A stretch of 53,967 bases of DNA, taken from contig JBAXIU010000003.1 of NCBI GenBank assembly GCA_037138215.1, positions 1 to 53,967 of the forward strand, given 5' to 3'. Below, piece after piece: positions 27,193 to 36,464 of the stretch. Below the pieces are notes generated by a model. The model had not been told where the DNA came from. It saw only the letters and a list, made by a program, of their open reading frames with translations, and did no database searches. Made by a program: the position numbers and the translations under genes. This DNA is from Candidatus Peregrinibacteria bacterium (GTDB lineage: Bacteria; Patescibacteriota; Gracilibacteria; CAIRYL01). Numbering within the stretch: the stretch's first letter is position 1; every line of letters starts with the position of its first letter.

Positions 27193-29411
27193 TTATTTTA
27201 CCAAAAAACTCTTATCCTCTAAAAACTCTCCAGAAAAAAGAACAGGATTTGCGGAGACTAAAGGAGCTCCGACTTCCGAGAGTACTGAGGCGGTAAGATT
27301 TTGTTCCCGCATTCCCGGCTGAGATACCGCCGTAAATTCTAGCCCTTTTGAAAATACTTTTTCAGGAAGCGTGTAGGAAATATTAATCTCTTCGGATTTT
27401 CCTGCCGAAACCTTGGGAAAGAAAAAGGAAACTTCGGTATATGTGGGAAACGGAGTGGTTTTTATAGTTCCAGAAAATATCCCACTGGCGCTGGTAATCG
27501 TGATTTTAGGTGGCAAAAAAACACGCATAAATACGGCATTATCCCCTTTCCCTAAAATTTTTTCCAAATCCTCATTTCCCACTGTTGCGGAAGTTCCAAA
27601 CTCTGAAAACAATTGTGCAAAGAGGGCATTGTCTGTTTCTCCCCAGGTATGCGTTCTTTTAATTTTTAAAACCGAGGAAAGCGTCCCATCCCCTGCAATA
27701 ATATTGGTGTGGTCAATATTTTGGCTTATATATCCGTCACTTTTGTTGGCACCCATATTAGTGGCCGCTATCGCAAAAAAATCTTTTACGGCACCAGTAG
27801 TACGGGGTAAAAAGGAGTTTTCCGCCTCTCCCGTAATATGGAAGTCCTCAAAAAGACTTTGCACAGGCGTTTGAGATGACCATGCCAAAAGATGTTTTTG
27901 GGAAATGAGTTTTAAAAGCCGTGCTATATCCGACACAGAAATATTTTTTAAAACTTTTTGTGCCAGCTCTGGCGCGAGTTTCCCCAAAAATTCTTTCGGA
28001 GAAGTCCCATCGAATCCTTTCCCTAAAAATTTCCCTTCTACCAGGTACATAATGGTAAAAATAGCATTTTCTGGGGTAATAGAAATATTTTCACCCACGG
28101 TTACCGGTCCTGCCACCGAAAGTGCCCACTCTAAAAACCGCTCATCTCCGGTAATAACCGTGTCTACTTTTACCCCACTTTCTTGCTCATAAAACCATTT
28201 TATGCGCTGGGCAGAAGTTGGGAAATGGAGCGAATAATTCGCATCGCGCAAAAAAAGTCGATTGGTAATGGCAGAAAATTCTTCAGGTGGAGGAATCGTC
28301 ATTTTCAGCTGCTTATCGAGGTCATATACATCCTGAAAATGGAAATCTTTGAGAGCCCCATTTTGGATGGTTGCAACACCTACAGACCCAATAAATCCCC
28401 CCGTTGCGCGAATTTCACGGGTATTTTGAAAAACGAACAAAATGGTATGGGGCGTGTTTCCTATTCCAAAAAATTCTTCAATCCCCAGTTTGTTATTGTT
28501 AAGAATATCCGCAAAAGAAAGAGCAAGAGGAAGACCGGTATGAAGAGCCTCTGGAGCTTTTGGAATACCAGCAAATGCGGTATTGGCGATTTGCAAATGC
28601 GCCATCATCTGGGGCAATGCGCGGTAAAAATCAGGAATAAGAACGGCGAAATTGGGGGTCGGAGAAACGGGAGGAAGCAATTCTTCATGACGCAGCAAAA
28701 AATCGTTGCTCTCTTGTAAAAAGGCAACCAAGGCTTTTCCTCCTTTATTCGCCTGTTCCCCCTGAAAAAGAGAAGAATCTTTGGGAACCGAAACTATGCC
28801 CTGGAGGAGTTGTGGAGCAAAAAAAAACTCGCCGAATGAGAGAGACTTTGTAATTCAGTTAAAAATCCACCCGCTTCTGCTGGATTTTTGGGAAGCGTAG
28901 TAGACATCTCTTTTGCCGTTTCTTGGATTTGTGCGTAAGTAAGAATAACCGTATTAGTGGCTCCGGTAAGGAGCAATGACCCGAGAAAAACAATCCCGAG
29001 GGAGAGCATATTGCGGATATTGCGAAAAAATATCCGTTTTTCGGAGAGCTGACGAATTTCTGGCTGGCGAAGAAATTCTTGTTCCATACCAATAATGCGC
29101 TTGGTTTTCGCGATTTGGAGATCAGGAGAGAGATCAGCGGGAGAACTTTCGGGAAGGCGTTTGGTAGTAAACGGAAGAATGGGATGCGAAGCATCTTCAA
29201 TCGGAACATCAAACGGAGCAGGAGCAGAAACTTCGGCTTTTGTGGCTTTTATACGAGAAAAGCCCTCCTCTCGCAATGGAGAAAAGAGGGCAGAAAGCGA
29301 AATAAGATGCGGAGAATATGCTTTTCCCTTTGGCAAAGCGTTCGGAATAAGAATGCAATTTCCGAATGGAGAAGGCTCATTGCGCGAAAGAAACATATCC
29401 AAAGGGCGCAT
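27193..29411 (-). CDS. DUF4012-domain membrane-anchored protein, split into two ORFs (28794-29411 and 27193-~28830) by a frameshift at a T9 tract
   Basis: C-terminal part has FQNTREIRATGGFIGS, LRDANYS..FP.SA, N.GANKSD; N-terminal part has the TM anchor. Adding one T at 28819-28827 joins the frames. Confidence 0.75.
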
Positions 29412-29426
29412 GGAACGAGCGAAAGA

Positions 29427-29690
29427 TTATCCTCGAAGACCCAACTTTTCAATAAGGGCACCGTACTGCTCTGGAGATTTCTTTTTGAAATTGGTAAGAA
29501 GTTTTCGTCGTTTTGCAACCATTTGCAAAAGCCCTCTACGAGAATGCTTGTCTTTCGGGTGCATTTTTAAGTGATCGGTGAGCTGAGAAATTTTCTTGGT
29601 AAAAATTGCGATTTGAACAGAAAAAGATCCCGTGTCTTTGGTGTGTGATTGGTGTTCACCAATAACCAACTTTTTTTCGTCTCGTTTCAT
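29427..29690 (-). CDS. rpsO: 30S ribosomal protein S15
   Basis: DTGS..VQIA, HLK.HPKDKHSRRGLL.MV.KRRKLL, LIEKLGLR. Start ATG 29690. Confidence 0.97.
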   Translation of the reverse strand: MKRDEKKLVIGEHQSHTKDTGSFSVQIAIFTKKISQLTDHLKMHPKDKHSRRGLLQMVAKRRKLLTNFKKKSPEQYGALIEKLGLRG

Positions 29691-29887
29691 AGAAAAGGGG
29701 TTAAAGTCGAGACTTTTGAGCCAATCCTTTCCGAGAAAAAAGGGAGCCCTCATGTCCGTGTGGGGGGAGCGTACAAAAGAAAAATCCAAAAATCAAGAGG
29801 GCTCTTATTTTTGTTCTTTCCGAAACAGGAAAATTCTTTTTTTGGGGATAGAAAGAGAATAGGAATGGTTTTGAGTGAGAAAGTCCC

Positions 29888-29945
29888 GTCATTGCGAGGA
29901 GGCACGACGAAGCAATCCATATTCGGCAAGAGATTGCTTCGTTCC
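29888..29945. repeat. Family B repeat doublet
   Basis: 29888-29917 is identical to 22818-22847, followed by the inverted partial GATTGCTTCGTTCC. Confidence 0.88.
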
Positions 29946-30001
29946 GGACATCAAGGGGGATTTTTTCAGACCTTTCTCAATTTTATCGCTCAAAAAGCCT
30001 C

Positions 30002-30030
30002 TTGAAAAAAACGGGAAGAAGTGGTACACT
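30002..30030 (+). promoter_or_regulatory. Sigma70-type promoter
   Basis: TTGAAA-17 nt-TACACT with an extended TG, 28 nt upstream of ATG 30059. Confidence 0.6.
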
Positions 30031-30058
30031 GCTTTGATTTTTTGGCATACCAAAATAC

Positions 30059-30562
30059 ATGATTAACGCACCACCACCCCATATTTTAGACCAGTACGGC
30101 AAAACCATTCTTTCGTTTACCACGAAGGAAAGCATTGAACATACCCGTGGAAAAACATGGTTTTTAGTGGGCGGTGTCATCACGCTTTTGGGAGTTTTAT
30201 ACGGTATTCTCACTGATTCCATGAGTTTTTCCATCCTTTGTATTCTTTTGGCGGGCGTGTATTCCCTTACGCACAACAAGCCCGTAGCAGATACCGAAGT
30301 GCGCATTACCGATTTGGGCGTGGTATTTCGGGGAGATTTACACCTCTATTCGGCCATTCGCGCATTTTGGATTTTTTGGCAACCAGGGGAATTACAAACC
30401 CTGAACCTGGCAGTAACGGAAGGATTTTTTAAGGAACTGGTTATTCCTGTTGCAGGGCAAGATATTGCCCGGATTCGGGAAATTTTGTCATTCCATGTGC
30501 AAGAAGTAGAAGGAAAACGCGAACGATTTACCGATTTTTTAGCCCGAAAATTTAAATTATAA
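30059..30562 (+). CDS. Conserved CPR-type membrane protein (2 TM plus PH-like soluble domain, DUF5673-like)
   Basis: EHTRGKTWF then two TM helices, ITDLGV..YSAIRAFW; pattern recalled from CPR genomes. Confidence 0.65.
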   Translation: MINAPPPHILDQYGKTILSFTTKESIEHTRGKTWFLVGGVITLLGVLYGILTDSMSFSILCILLAGVYSLTHNKPVADTEVRITDLGVVFRGDLHLYSAIRAFWIFWQPGELQTLNLAVTEGFFKELVIPVAGQDIARIREILSFHVQEVEGKRERFTDFLARKFKL

Positions 30563-30563
30563 G

Positions 30564-32420
30564 ATGGCAGAAGTGCTTCACACCCAGCCGGCACCAGCAC
30601 CACAAAAGCCTGAACTCAATTTGGCGGGGAAACCTTTGCCAGAGGTTATTGATAGCAGTATTTATCCCAATGACAGGCGATTACAAACACTGTCCGCAAG
30701 AGTAAATTCCAGATTAGCACAAATAAAAATGAGAGCGGACATCTCTCCTCAAACGAGAGAAAAAGCAGAAATGCAATGGCCTACAAAGTGGGAAAATATT
30801 CCAGCGCCAGAAAGGAATGTCCTCCTTACGCAATACAACGGACTATATAATGCTCATCTGGAAACCAAAAGAAGTAATTTTACGGTTCAGGAAAAAAAAC
30901 AATTAGAAGATACCGGAAAAGTGATTCTTCAAGATCCAGCAGTGATTGCCCTGGAAAAAAAGATATCTGAAGGTACAGATCCTACAGAAGAAGAAATATC
31001 TGCCGTAAATGAGATTCTGAAAAAATATGAAGATCCGATAAAAATTATCAGCGATTTTCAAAAACCTCCCTCTACAGCCGAAATACAAGGGATTCTTGCT
31101 AAAAATCCTTTTCTTTGGACCAGCACCACGGTAAAACCGGAAGAATTTGGAGCTTTTATGGAGGATTTGCAACGCAATATCCCCATTGCTAATGAACAAC
31201 TCGCAACAGCCCAACAACACATTGTTGACGAATTTTCCAAAGAAAAGGTTTTCAATAAAGACCACAAGGAAATCCCAAAAAACAGCAGTGCGGAGTATTT
31301 TATCCAGGGAAAAGTTCAGGAAATAAAAGCATATCCGCCAACCATCTTTGGAGAGGGTTTTTCTGAAATCGTCCAGTTTGTAAACGGAAATGGATCTCTT
31401 TCCGAAAATGGGAAAATGGTGTTGTATGACATGACCGGAGGCGACCAGGCAAAAATAAGCAAAACAGAAGCCAGTTTTAATAAAACTTTTGAACGAGAAC
31501 ACCAAAAAAAGAACCCATCATGGGGCGATATGCAAAAAAACAACGAACACGAAATTTACCAGGTAGCGTGCCACAGAATTGCAGAAGAAGCGAAAGCAAA
31601 ACTTCCTCCCAATTTTGTAGCAGATATGCAAAAAAGCTTGGGCAGAAGCGCCACGGGGCACACGGTAGAACACCGCGGAGCCGACAATATTAAAGCCCAA
31701 AACATTGATGCTTCTAAACGCGTGGGGCAAGTGGATCTTCAAAATTTTATTATTTATGAAGGGGTTGCCAGTGTTGCCATGCTTTCCTTTGCCGCCAATT
31801 TAATGATTGCCGTGGGAAGTGGTGATTTTGTGGGGAATGTGATGGGAAACGAAACCTTGCTGGTGGATGCCGCCGTAATGTACGGGACCTACAAAGGAAT
31901 TGGAAAACAAGCCATTAATAAGATGATGTACCCGCAGGATATGGCAGTACATATTTTACGGGAGGTGAATATGCTCCAAAAAGCAGAAATTTTAGCGTAC
32001 GAAAATGAATTTCAGTTTTTTCAAAGAGGTATTAACTGGGGAGAACCAGGAGATAAAACGGTAAAAAACGCCCTGAAGGAATTGCGAAAAAATCATAAAG
32101 ACGCCAAAAAAGAAGAAGAAGAATCCCTTTCCGTGGAAGACCTGGGCAAAGAGCCCATGACGAGCATTTTAACACCAGAAGGAAAAGCAAAACTGGCAAC
32201 ACTCGGGCACTTTGAGAAAGGAGAAAACCCAGAAGAAATGGACAAAAAACGGTATGCCATGGTGGAAGATATTGCCGGGAGACGAGGACAATATGACGAT
32301 TTACTGCCACAACTCCATACCCTCCACAAATACGCAAACCAGGCATATTTCCGCCCTGCGGGAATCCCTATGAAACCGGAAGATTCTCCTTTTGATAACC
32401 GCACTCATCAACAAGCATAA
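30564..32420 (+). CDS. Hypothetical protein (618 aa, helical, short hydrophobic segment)
   Basis: Long ORF with 1-nt spacing from the previous gene; no recognised motif. Confidence 0.8.
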   Translation: MAEVLHTQPAPAPQKPELNLAGKPLPEVIDSSIYPNDRRLQTLSARVNSRLAQIKMRADISPQTREKAEMQWPTKWENIPAPERNVLLTQYNGLYNAHLETKRSNFTVQEKKQLEDTGKVILQDPAVIALEKKISEGTDPTEEEISAVNEILKKYEDPIKIISDFQKPPSTAEIQGILAKNPFLWTSTTVKPEEFGAFMEDLQRNIPIANEQLATAQQHIVDEFSKEKVFNKDHKEIPKNSSAEYFIQGKVQEIKAYPPTIFGEGFSEIVQFVNGNGSLSENGKMVLYDMTGGDQAKISKTEASFNKTFEREHQKKNPSWGDMQKNNEHEIYQVACHRIAEEAKAKLPPNFVADMQKSLGRSATGHTVEHRGADNIKAQNIDASKRVGQVDLQNFIIYEGVASVAMLSFAANLMIAVGSGDFVGNVMGNETLLVDAAVMYGTYKGIGKQAINKMMYPQDMAVHILREVNMLQKAEILAYENEFQFFQRGINWGEPGDKTVKNALKELRKNHKDAKKEEEESLSVEDLGKEPMTSILTPEGKAKLATLGHFEKGENPEEMDKKRYAMVEDIAGRRGQYDDLLPQLHTLHKYANQAYFRPAGIPMKPEDSPFDNRTHQQA

Positions 32421-32422
32421 CT

Positions 32423-33043
32423 ATGTATACCCCTTTAAATACCATTGGCAAACGGTCGTTACTGCCCAATATTCCCAACCAGTTTGAGGCGGGAGAAATA
32501 GAAGTGTTGGCAACCAGTATGGTGCCGTATCTTTCTCCTCAAGACGCCATGGGAATAGCGCAACTTTCGGAAAACTATTCGTCAGAAGAACGACAACGAA
32601 AAATAATTGCTGCGTTTTTATTGCTTTCATTGGGCGACCAAATAGCACTTTTAGGAAGTATGGGACAAAGCCATCCCCAAACAGCCCAAAAGTTAAAAAA
32701 GACCATTACCAAGCCACGCATTTCGGCACAGCAGTATGATGAGCAGGTTACTGCCCTGGCAGGTGCGGTTGCCAACGCACAAGCACAATCCCAGTCTCAG
32801 TCACAAAATTCATCGCAGCCATCTGCAAATCCTGGAAAAGGGACGGACGAAAGCATTAAACAGGGATTGCAAAAAAACGGATACGAGGAATTTATGGGGA
32901 AACAAAAGGCAAACCAAATCGCAAAACTCAAAAACTCACAAAAAACAAAAGTGTCGTGGTCATCCAAAGCCAGCAGCAGTATTGGCTGGTGGGTTGCCGG
33001 AGGCATTGGCGGGGTGTTTGGCGCTGGAGCCCTTTTATCATAA
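32423..33043 (+). CDS. Hypothetical protein with Q/S-rich linker and Gly-rich hydrophobic C-terminal tail
   Basis: Ends IGWWVAGGIGGVFGAGALLS; tightly packed in the operon. Confidence 0.75.
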   Translation: MYTPLNTIGKRSLLPNIPNQFEAGEIEVLATSMVPYLSPQDAMGIAQLSENYSSEERQRKIIAAFLLLSLGDQIALLGSMGQSHPQTAQKLKKTITKPRISAQQYDEQVTALAGAVANAQAQSQSQSQNSSQPSANPGKGTDESIKQGLQKNGYEEFMGKQKANQIAKLKNSQKTKVSWSSKASSSIGWWVAGGIGGVFGAGALLS

Positions 33044-33051
33044 TAGATTTT

Positions 33052-35436
33052 GTGAATATTTTTTCATTTTTGTATCGGCATTTTTTATTCCCTGCTCTGT
33101 CATTCCTGCGGAGGCAGGAATCCAGAGAAGACGCATTGCAATGCGTCTCTACAAAAAACATCGTGCGTCGCGTCTCTACCATTCTTTTGTTATTTTTTGT
33201 ACTGGGAGGAATGGTGTTGCCAGTTATGGCGGTTGATCCTAATGTAGCAATAGACCCAAATGCTCTTAACCCTAGTCTTACCAATACTCCAACAACCGGA
33301 ACACAAGGTCAAACTGCAAATACTATCGGTAATGCTATTACACCTACTCTTCAAAACACTAATACCAACAACACCGCAACTGGGAATCTTCCTCTCGGTT
33401 CTGCGGGCAGTAATGCCATTGATCCAAAATTGCAAAACGCCTCAGCCACTAACCCTACAGCCACCACTGGTTCAACAGCTGCAAATACCACGGCAACAAC
33501 TAATTCTCCTGGATGCAATGAATCAGATAGACCATCAGATACAACAAAAGTAAAAGCCTGGGAAGATGGCTGTAAAAATGCAGAAATCAACAATCTCAAA
33601 AAAATGATTGGACAACTTTCCTCCTTGCTGGTGAGTTTTTTTACGCCGATTATTGCCATTTTAGCCGCATGGATAGGCGATGTAATGGGGAATAGCTTTG
33701 TAATGGGCGATATGTACGCCACGGGTGCCGCCGGAAACGACCAAAAATCCGTGGGGGAACTGCTGCACGCCGTATGGATGATATTTCGAGATATTATGAA
33801 TTATATCTTCATCCTCATTCTCGTTTTTATTGCGTTTATGAATGTCATCCCCAAAGGAGGGGGGGGTAAATTTAAAATAGGGGATTTACTTCCCAAATTA
33901 GTAATGGCGATTGTGGTCATCAATTTTACCTGGTTTGGCGCACAAGTTATTTTGGATGCCTCTACCATTGCCACCCATGTGATATACGGTATTCCGGACG
34001 AAATTGCCAAATCGTACCCCGAAGCCAAAATAGATAAGTGTGAAATGATAGAAAAAAAGATCCAAAATGAAAACAAGAAAGATACAATCGTTAAAGTCCC
34101 TGGACAAGGATGTATGGTAGTAGCGGGGCAAATCTATTTTGACAAGGATCACGCTCCCAAATCTGGAACACAAGCGGATCCGAATAATCTGAATAAAGAC
34201 CCAACCACCCAAGCAAAATTTAAGGACATTGATCCTGGGAAAATTATTGACTATGGAACGGTAGTATTGGGATGGGGTGATTTTGACAAATCGAAATTTA
34301 AAGATGGGAGCATTGCGCAGTTTTTTGCATTTAATATTATGCAAATCCAAAACTTGCCCATGGTGGTTCCGGGCGAAAATGTGGGATGGAGCGCCCTGTT
34401 TATTAACTCCCTTGCGGCGCTTATCCTTATGATTCTTGTACTGGTTATCTTTTTTTCCTTGTTTGTAGCGTTGGTGGCACGAGTAGTTATTTTATGGGTC
34501 AATATTATCTTGTCGCCTTTTATGGGGCTTTTAATGTTTAAAGACGATTTTGGGATTAGTACCGGAGGGGCAGACGATTATATTGGGCTCAATGTTTTTG
34601 TAAAAAATGCCTTTTTACCGGCTATGATGGGAATACCGTTGGTGCTGGGATTTATTATTATTAACACCGGGCAAACCTACCATTTTTTAGGATACGATGC
34701 GTCTGGAGCGACTGACATTGCCAATAGCACTGCCACCGCCAGCAACAATACCGACTTTACCCACAGTATTATTGAGTTTGCCCCAGGGCAAAAATTTATT
34801 AACGGTATTGGGAATATTCACCAGCTGTTTTGGTATATTATGGCCATTATGATTATGTGGATGAGTATGGAAATTGGAAAGGGATCTAATGGTCTTGCTG
34901 GTCTCATGATTACCCCTGTGGCAGATGGTGTGAAGAATATCGGACAATGGATTGCCACTTCTCCGATGTATATTAACTTTATACCGGTAACCTCGGCAGA
35001 TGGGAAAAAGACAACGCTTGTAGATCTGCACTCTGCAGGAGTAGGAATACCAAATATATTACGACGGAACATTGATAATGAGCAAAATATGGAGGCAGAA
35101 AAGCTCTTCCCGGGAAGTAGTAGTAGCCATAATCCGGTAACCAGTAAAGCAGCCCTTGCTCCTGAGATACAGCGTAAACTAGAAGCATATAATAACGATG
35201 ATGCCAAATTAAATCAGATATGGAGTACATTAAATAATGGAACCATTCACAATTCCGCAGACAGAGAGATAGCCCTTAGAGCCAATTTTGGGCTTCCTAT
35301 AACGGTTCCTATATCAGTAGCCGACCAAAAGAATTTAGCAGTAGTAATAGGAAATAAACTGCACCCGAATGATTCTGCAAAAATCGAAACTGCATACACA
35401 ATAATTGATCCCTCTACGGATACCGCCGCACAGTAG
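33052..35436 (+). CDS. Polytopic membrane protein, VirB6/TrbL-like (CPR type); start uncertain
   Basis: W..FRDIMN..FILIL..IA, LPKL..AIV.INF, RVVILWV.IILSP pattern; T/N-rich N-terminal region. GTG 33052 chosen as start. Confidence 0.7.
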   Translation: MNIFSFLYRHFLFPALSFLRRQESREDALQCVSTKNIVRRVSTILLLFFVLGGMVLPVMAVDPNVAIDPNALNPSLTNTPTTGTQGQTANTIGNAITPTLQNTNTNNTATGNLPLGSAGSNAIDPKLQNASATNPTATTGSTAANTTATTNSPGCNESDRPSDTTKVKAWEDGCKNAEINNLKKMIGQLSSLLVSFFTPIIAILAAWIGDVMGNSFVMGDMYATGAAGNDQKSVGELLHAVWMIFRDIMNYIFILILVFIAFMNVIPKGGGGKFKIGDLLPKLVMAIVVINFTWFGAQVILDASTIATHVIYGIPDEIAKSYPEAKIDKCEMIEKKIQNENKKDTIVKVPGQGCMVVAGQIYFDKDHAPKSGTQADPNNLNKDPTTQAKFKDIDPGKIIDYGTVVLGWGDFDKSKFKDGSIAQFFAFNIMQIQNLPMVVPGENVGWSALFINSLAALILMILVLVIFFSLFVALVARVVILWVNIILSPFMGLLMFKDDFGISTGGADDYIGLNVFVKNAFLPAMMGIPLVLGFIIINTGQTYHFLGYDASGATDIANSTATASNNTDFTHSIIEFAPGQKFINGIGNIHQLFWYIMAIMIMWMSMEIGKGSNGLAGLMITPVADGVKNIGQWIATSPMYINFIPVTSADGKKTTLVDLHSAGVGIPNILRRNIDNEQNMEAEKLFPGSSSSHNPVTSKAALAPEIQRKLEAYNNDDAKLNQIWSTLNNGTIHNSADREIALRANFGLPITVPISVADQKNLAVVIGNKLHPNDSAKIETAYTIIDPSTDTAAQ
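33099..33179. repeat. Nested repeat cluster (family C plus family A variant plus half REP) in the 5' end of the VirB6-like gene
   Basis: GTCATTCCTGCGGAGGCAGGAATCCA (33099-33124), AGACGCATTGCAATGCGTCTCTAC (33129-33152), ..GCGTCTCTAC (to 33179). Confidence 0.88.
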
Positions 35437-35449
35437 CTTGTGCTGGACT

Positions 35450-35560
35450 GTATTGGGAGGGAGTTGCAGTCCCGCCCTTTTTTGACCCCATCACTCTCGA
35501 GCGAAGCGCGGCAATCCATGTTCCACCCGCCCCGTCTTTGCGAGCGAAGCGCGGCAATCC
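35450..35560 (+). repeat. Repeat cluster upstream of the RAYT
   Basis: GTATTGGGAGGGA..TCCCGCCC-T6, then two direct family B variants CGAGCGAAGCGCGGCAATCCAT. Confidence 0.8.
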
Positions 35561-35578
35561 ATACCCCCACTTTCCTGG

Positions 35579-36282
35579 ACTTTGCTGGAGCAACTCTCCC
35601 GAGTTGCTCCTTTCGTTTCTGGTTTACAAAAACTACCTCCACGCTCCTTTTGTTTGTTGTCTCTAAAAACAAATACTTCACTTTGCATTTCCCTATTCTT
35701 TTCGTAAAAATTAAGAAAATTTACCCCATAAAATGCCATCTATACGCATTAGCAAACAAGAAAAGGATGCTCTCTATTTTATCACCTGCACCGTTCAAAA
35801 TTGGTATTATCTTTTTGACCGGCATAATCGGTTTCATATTTTAGAGGAGTCTTTGCAGTACTGCCAAAAAAATAAAGAAGTAAAAGTGTACGCTTATGTT
35901 TTTATGCTGAACCATATCCATCTTATTGTTTCTAGCCCTGATACAAGCCGTTTTCTTTGCGATTTTAAAAAATATACTTCGCGAGAACTTATGAAAAATA
36001 TTTTGGCAACGGAGCCCAATGTTGCCAGCCTTTTTCCAGAACAGAATGGAAAACATAAAATCTGGCAAGAAACCAATTTCCCAAAACTCATTGAGACAGA
36101 AGATTTTTTCCTTCAAAAAAAGCAGTATATTGAGGAAAATCCTATCAGAAAGGAATATGTTTCAAACCCTAAACACTGGATATATTCTTCGGCAAATCCT
36201 TTTTCTCCGATTGCACTGGAAGCGGTGGAGTAAGAAAACAAGAAACAAAAAGAGCAACTCAGGAGAGTTGCTCTAGCAAAGT
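35579..36282 (+). mobile_element. RAYT/IS200-like element bounded by 47-bp imperfect inverted repeats
   Basis: 35579-35625 versus the reverse complement of 36236-36282 match at 42/47; each contains the hairpin GAGCAACTC-N4-GAGTTGCTC. Confidence 0.8.
35733..36233 (+). CDS. REP-associated tyrosine (Y1/HUH) transposase
   Basis: YFITCT, AYVFMLNHIHLI (HUH), DFKKYTS, IWQ, YIEENP...W.YSSA. Confidence 0.92.
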   Translation: MPSIRISKQEKDALYFITCTVQNWYYLFDRHNRFHILEESLQYCQKNKEVKVYAYVFMLNHIHLIVSSPDTSRFLCDFKKYTSRELMKNILATEPNVASLFPEQNGKHKIWQETNFPKLIETEDFFLQKKQYIEENPIRKEYVSNPKHWIYSSANPFSPIALEAVE

Positions 36283-36295
36283 GCCGTTTATATTT

Positions 36296-36377
36296 GTCAT
36301 CCCTGCGAAGGCAGGGATCCATGTTCCCCAATGGGCTGGATTCCCGTGTTCCCCGTTTTCACGGGGACGGGAATGAC
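36296..36377. repeat. Inverted doublet of family C repeats downstream of the RAYT
   Basis: GTCATCCCTGCGAAGGCAGGGATCCA (36296-36321) and TGGATTCCCG..CGGGAATGAC (36337-36377, with an extra internal hairpin). Confidence 0.85.
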
Positions 36378-36464
36378 AAAGCTCCACAGAATGCAAATAT
36401 ATGGCTTTCTCCTGAGCTTAATACCGCAGCCGTAGGGTAAAAAATTTGCAAAAAAGCCTTTTGC

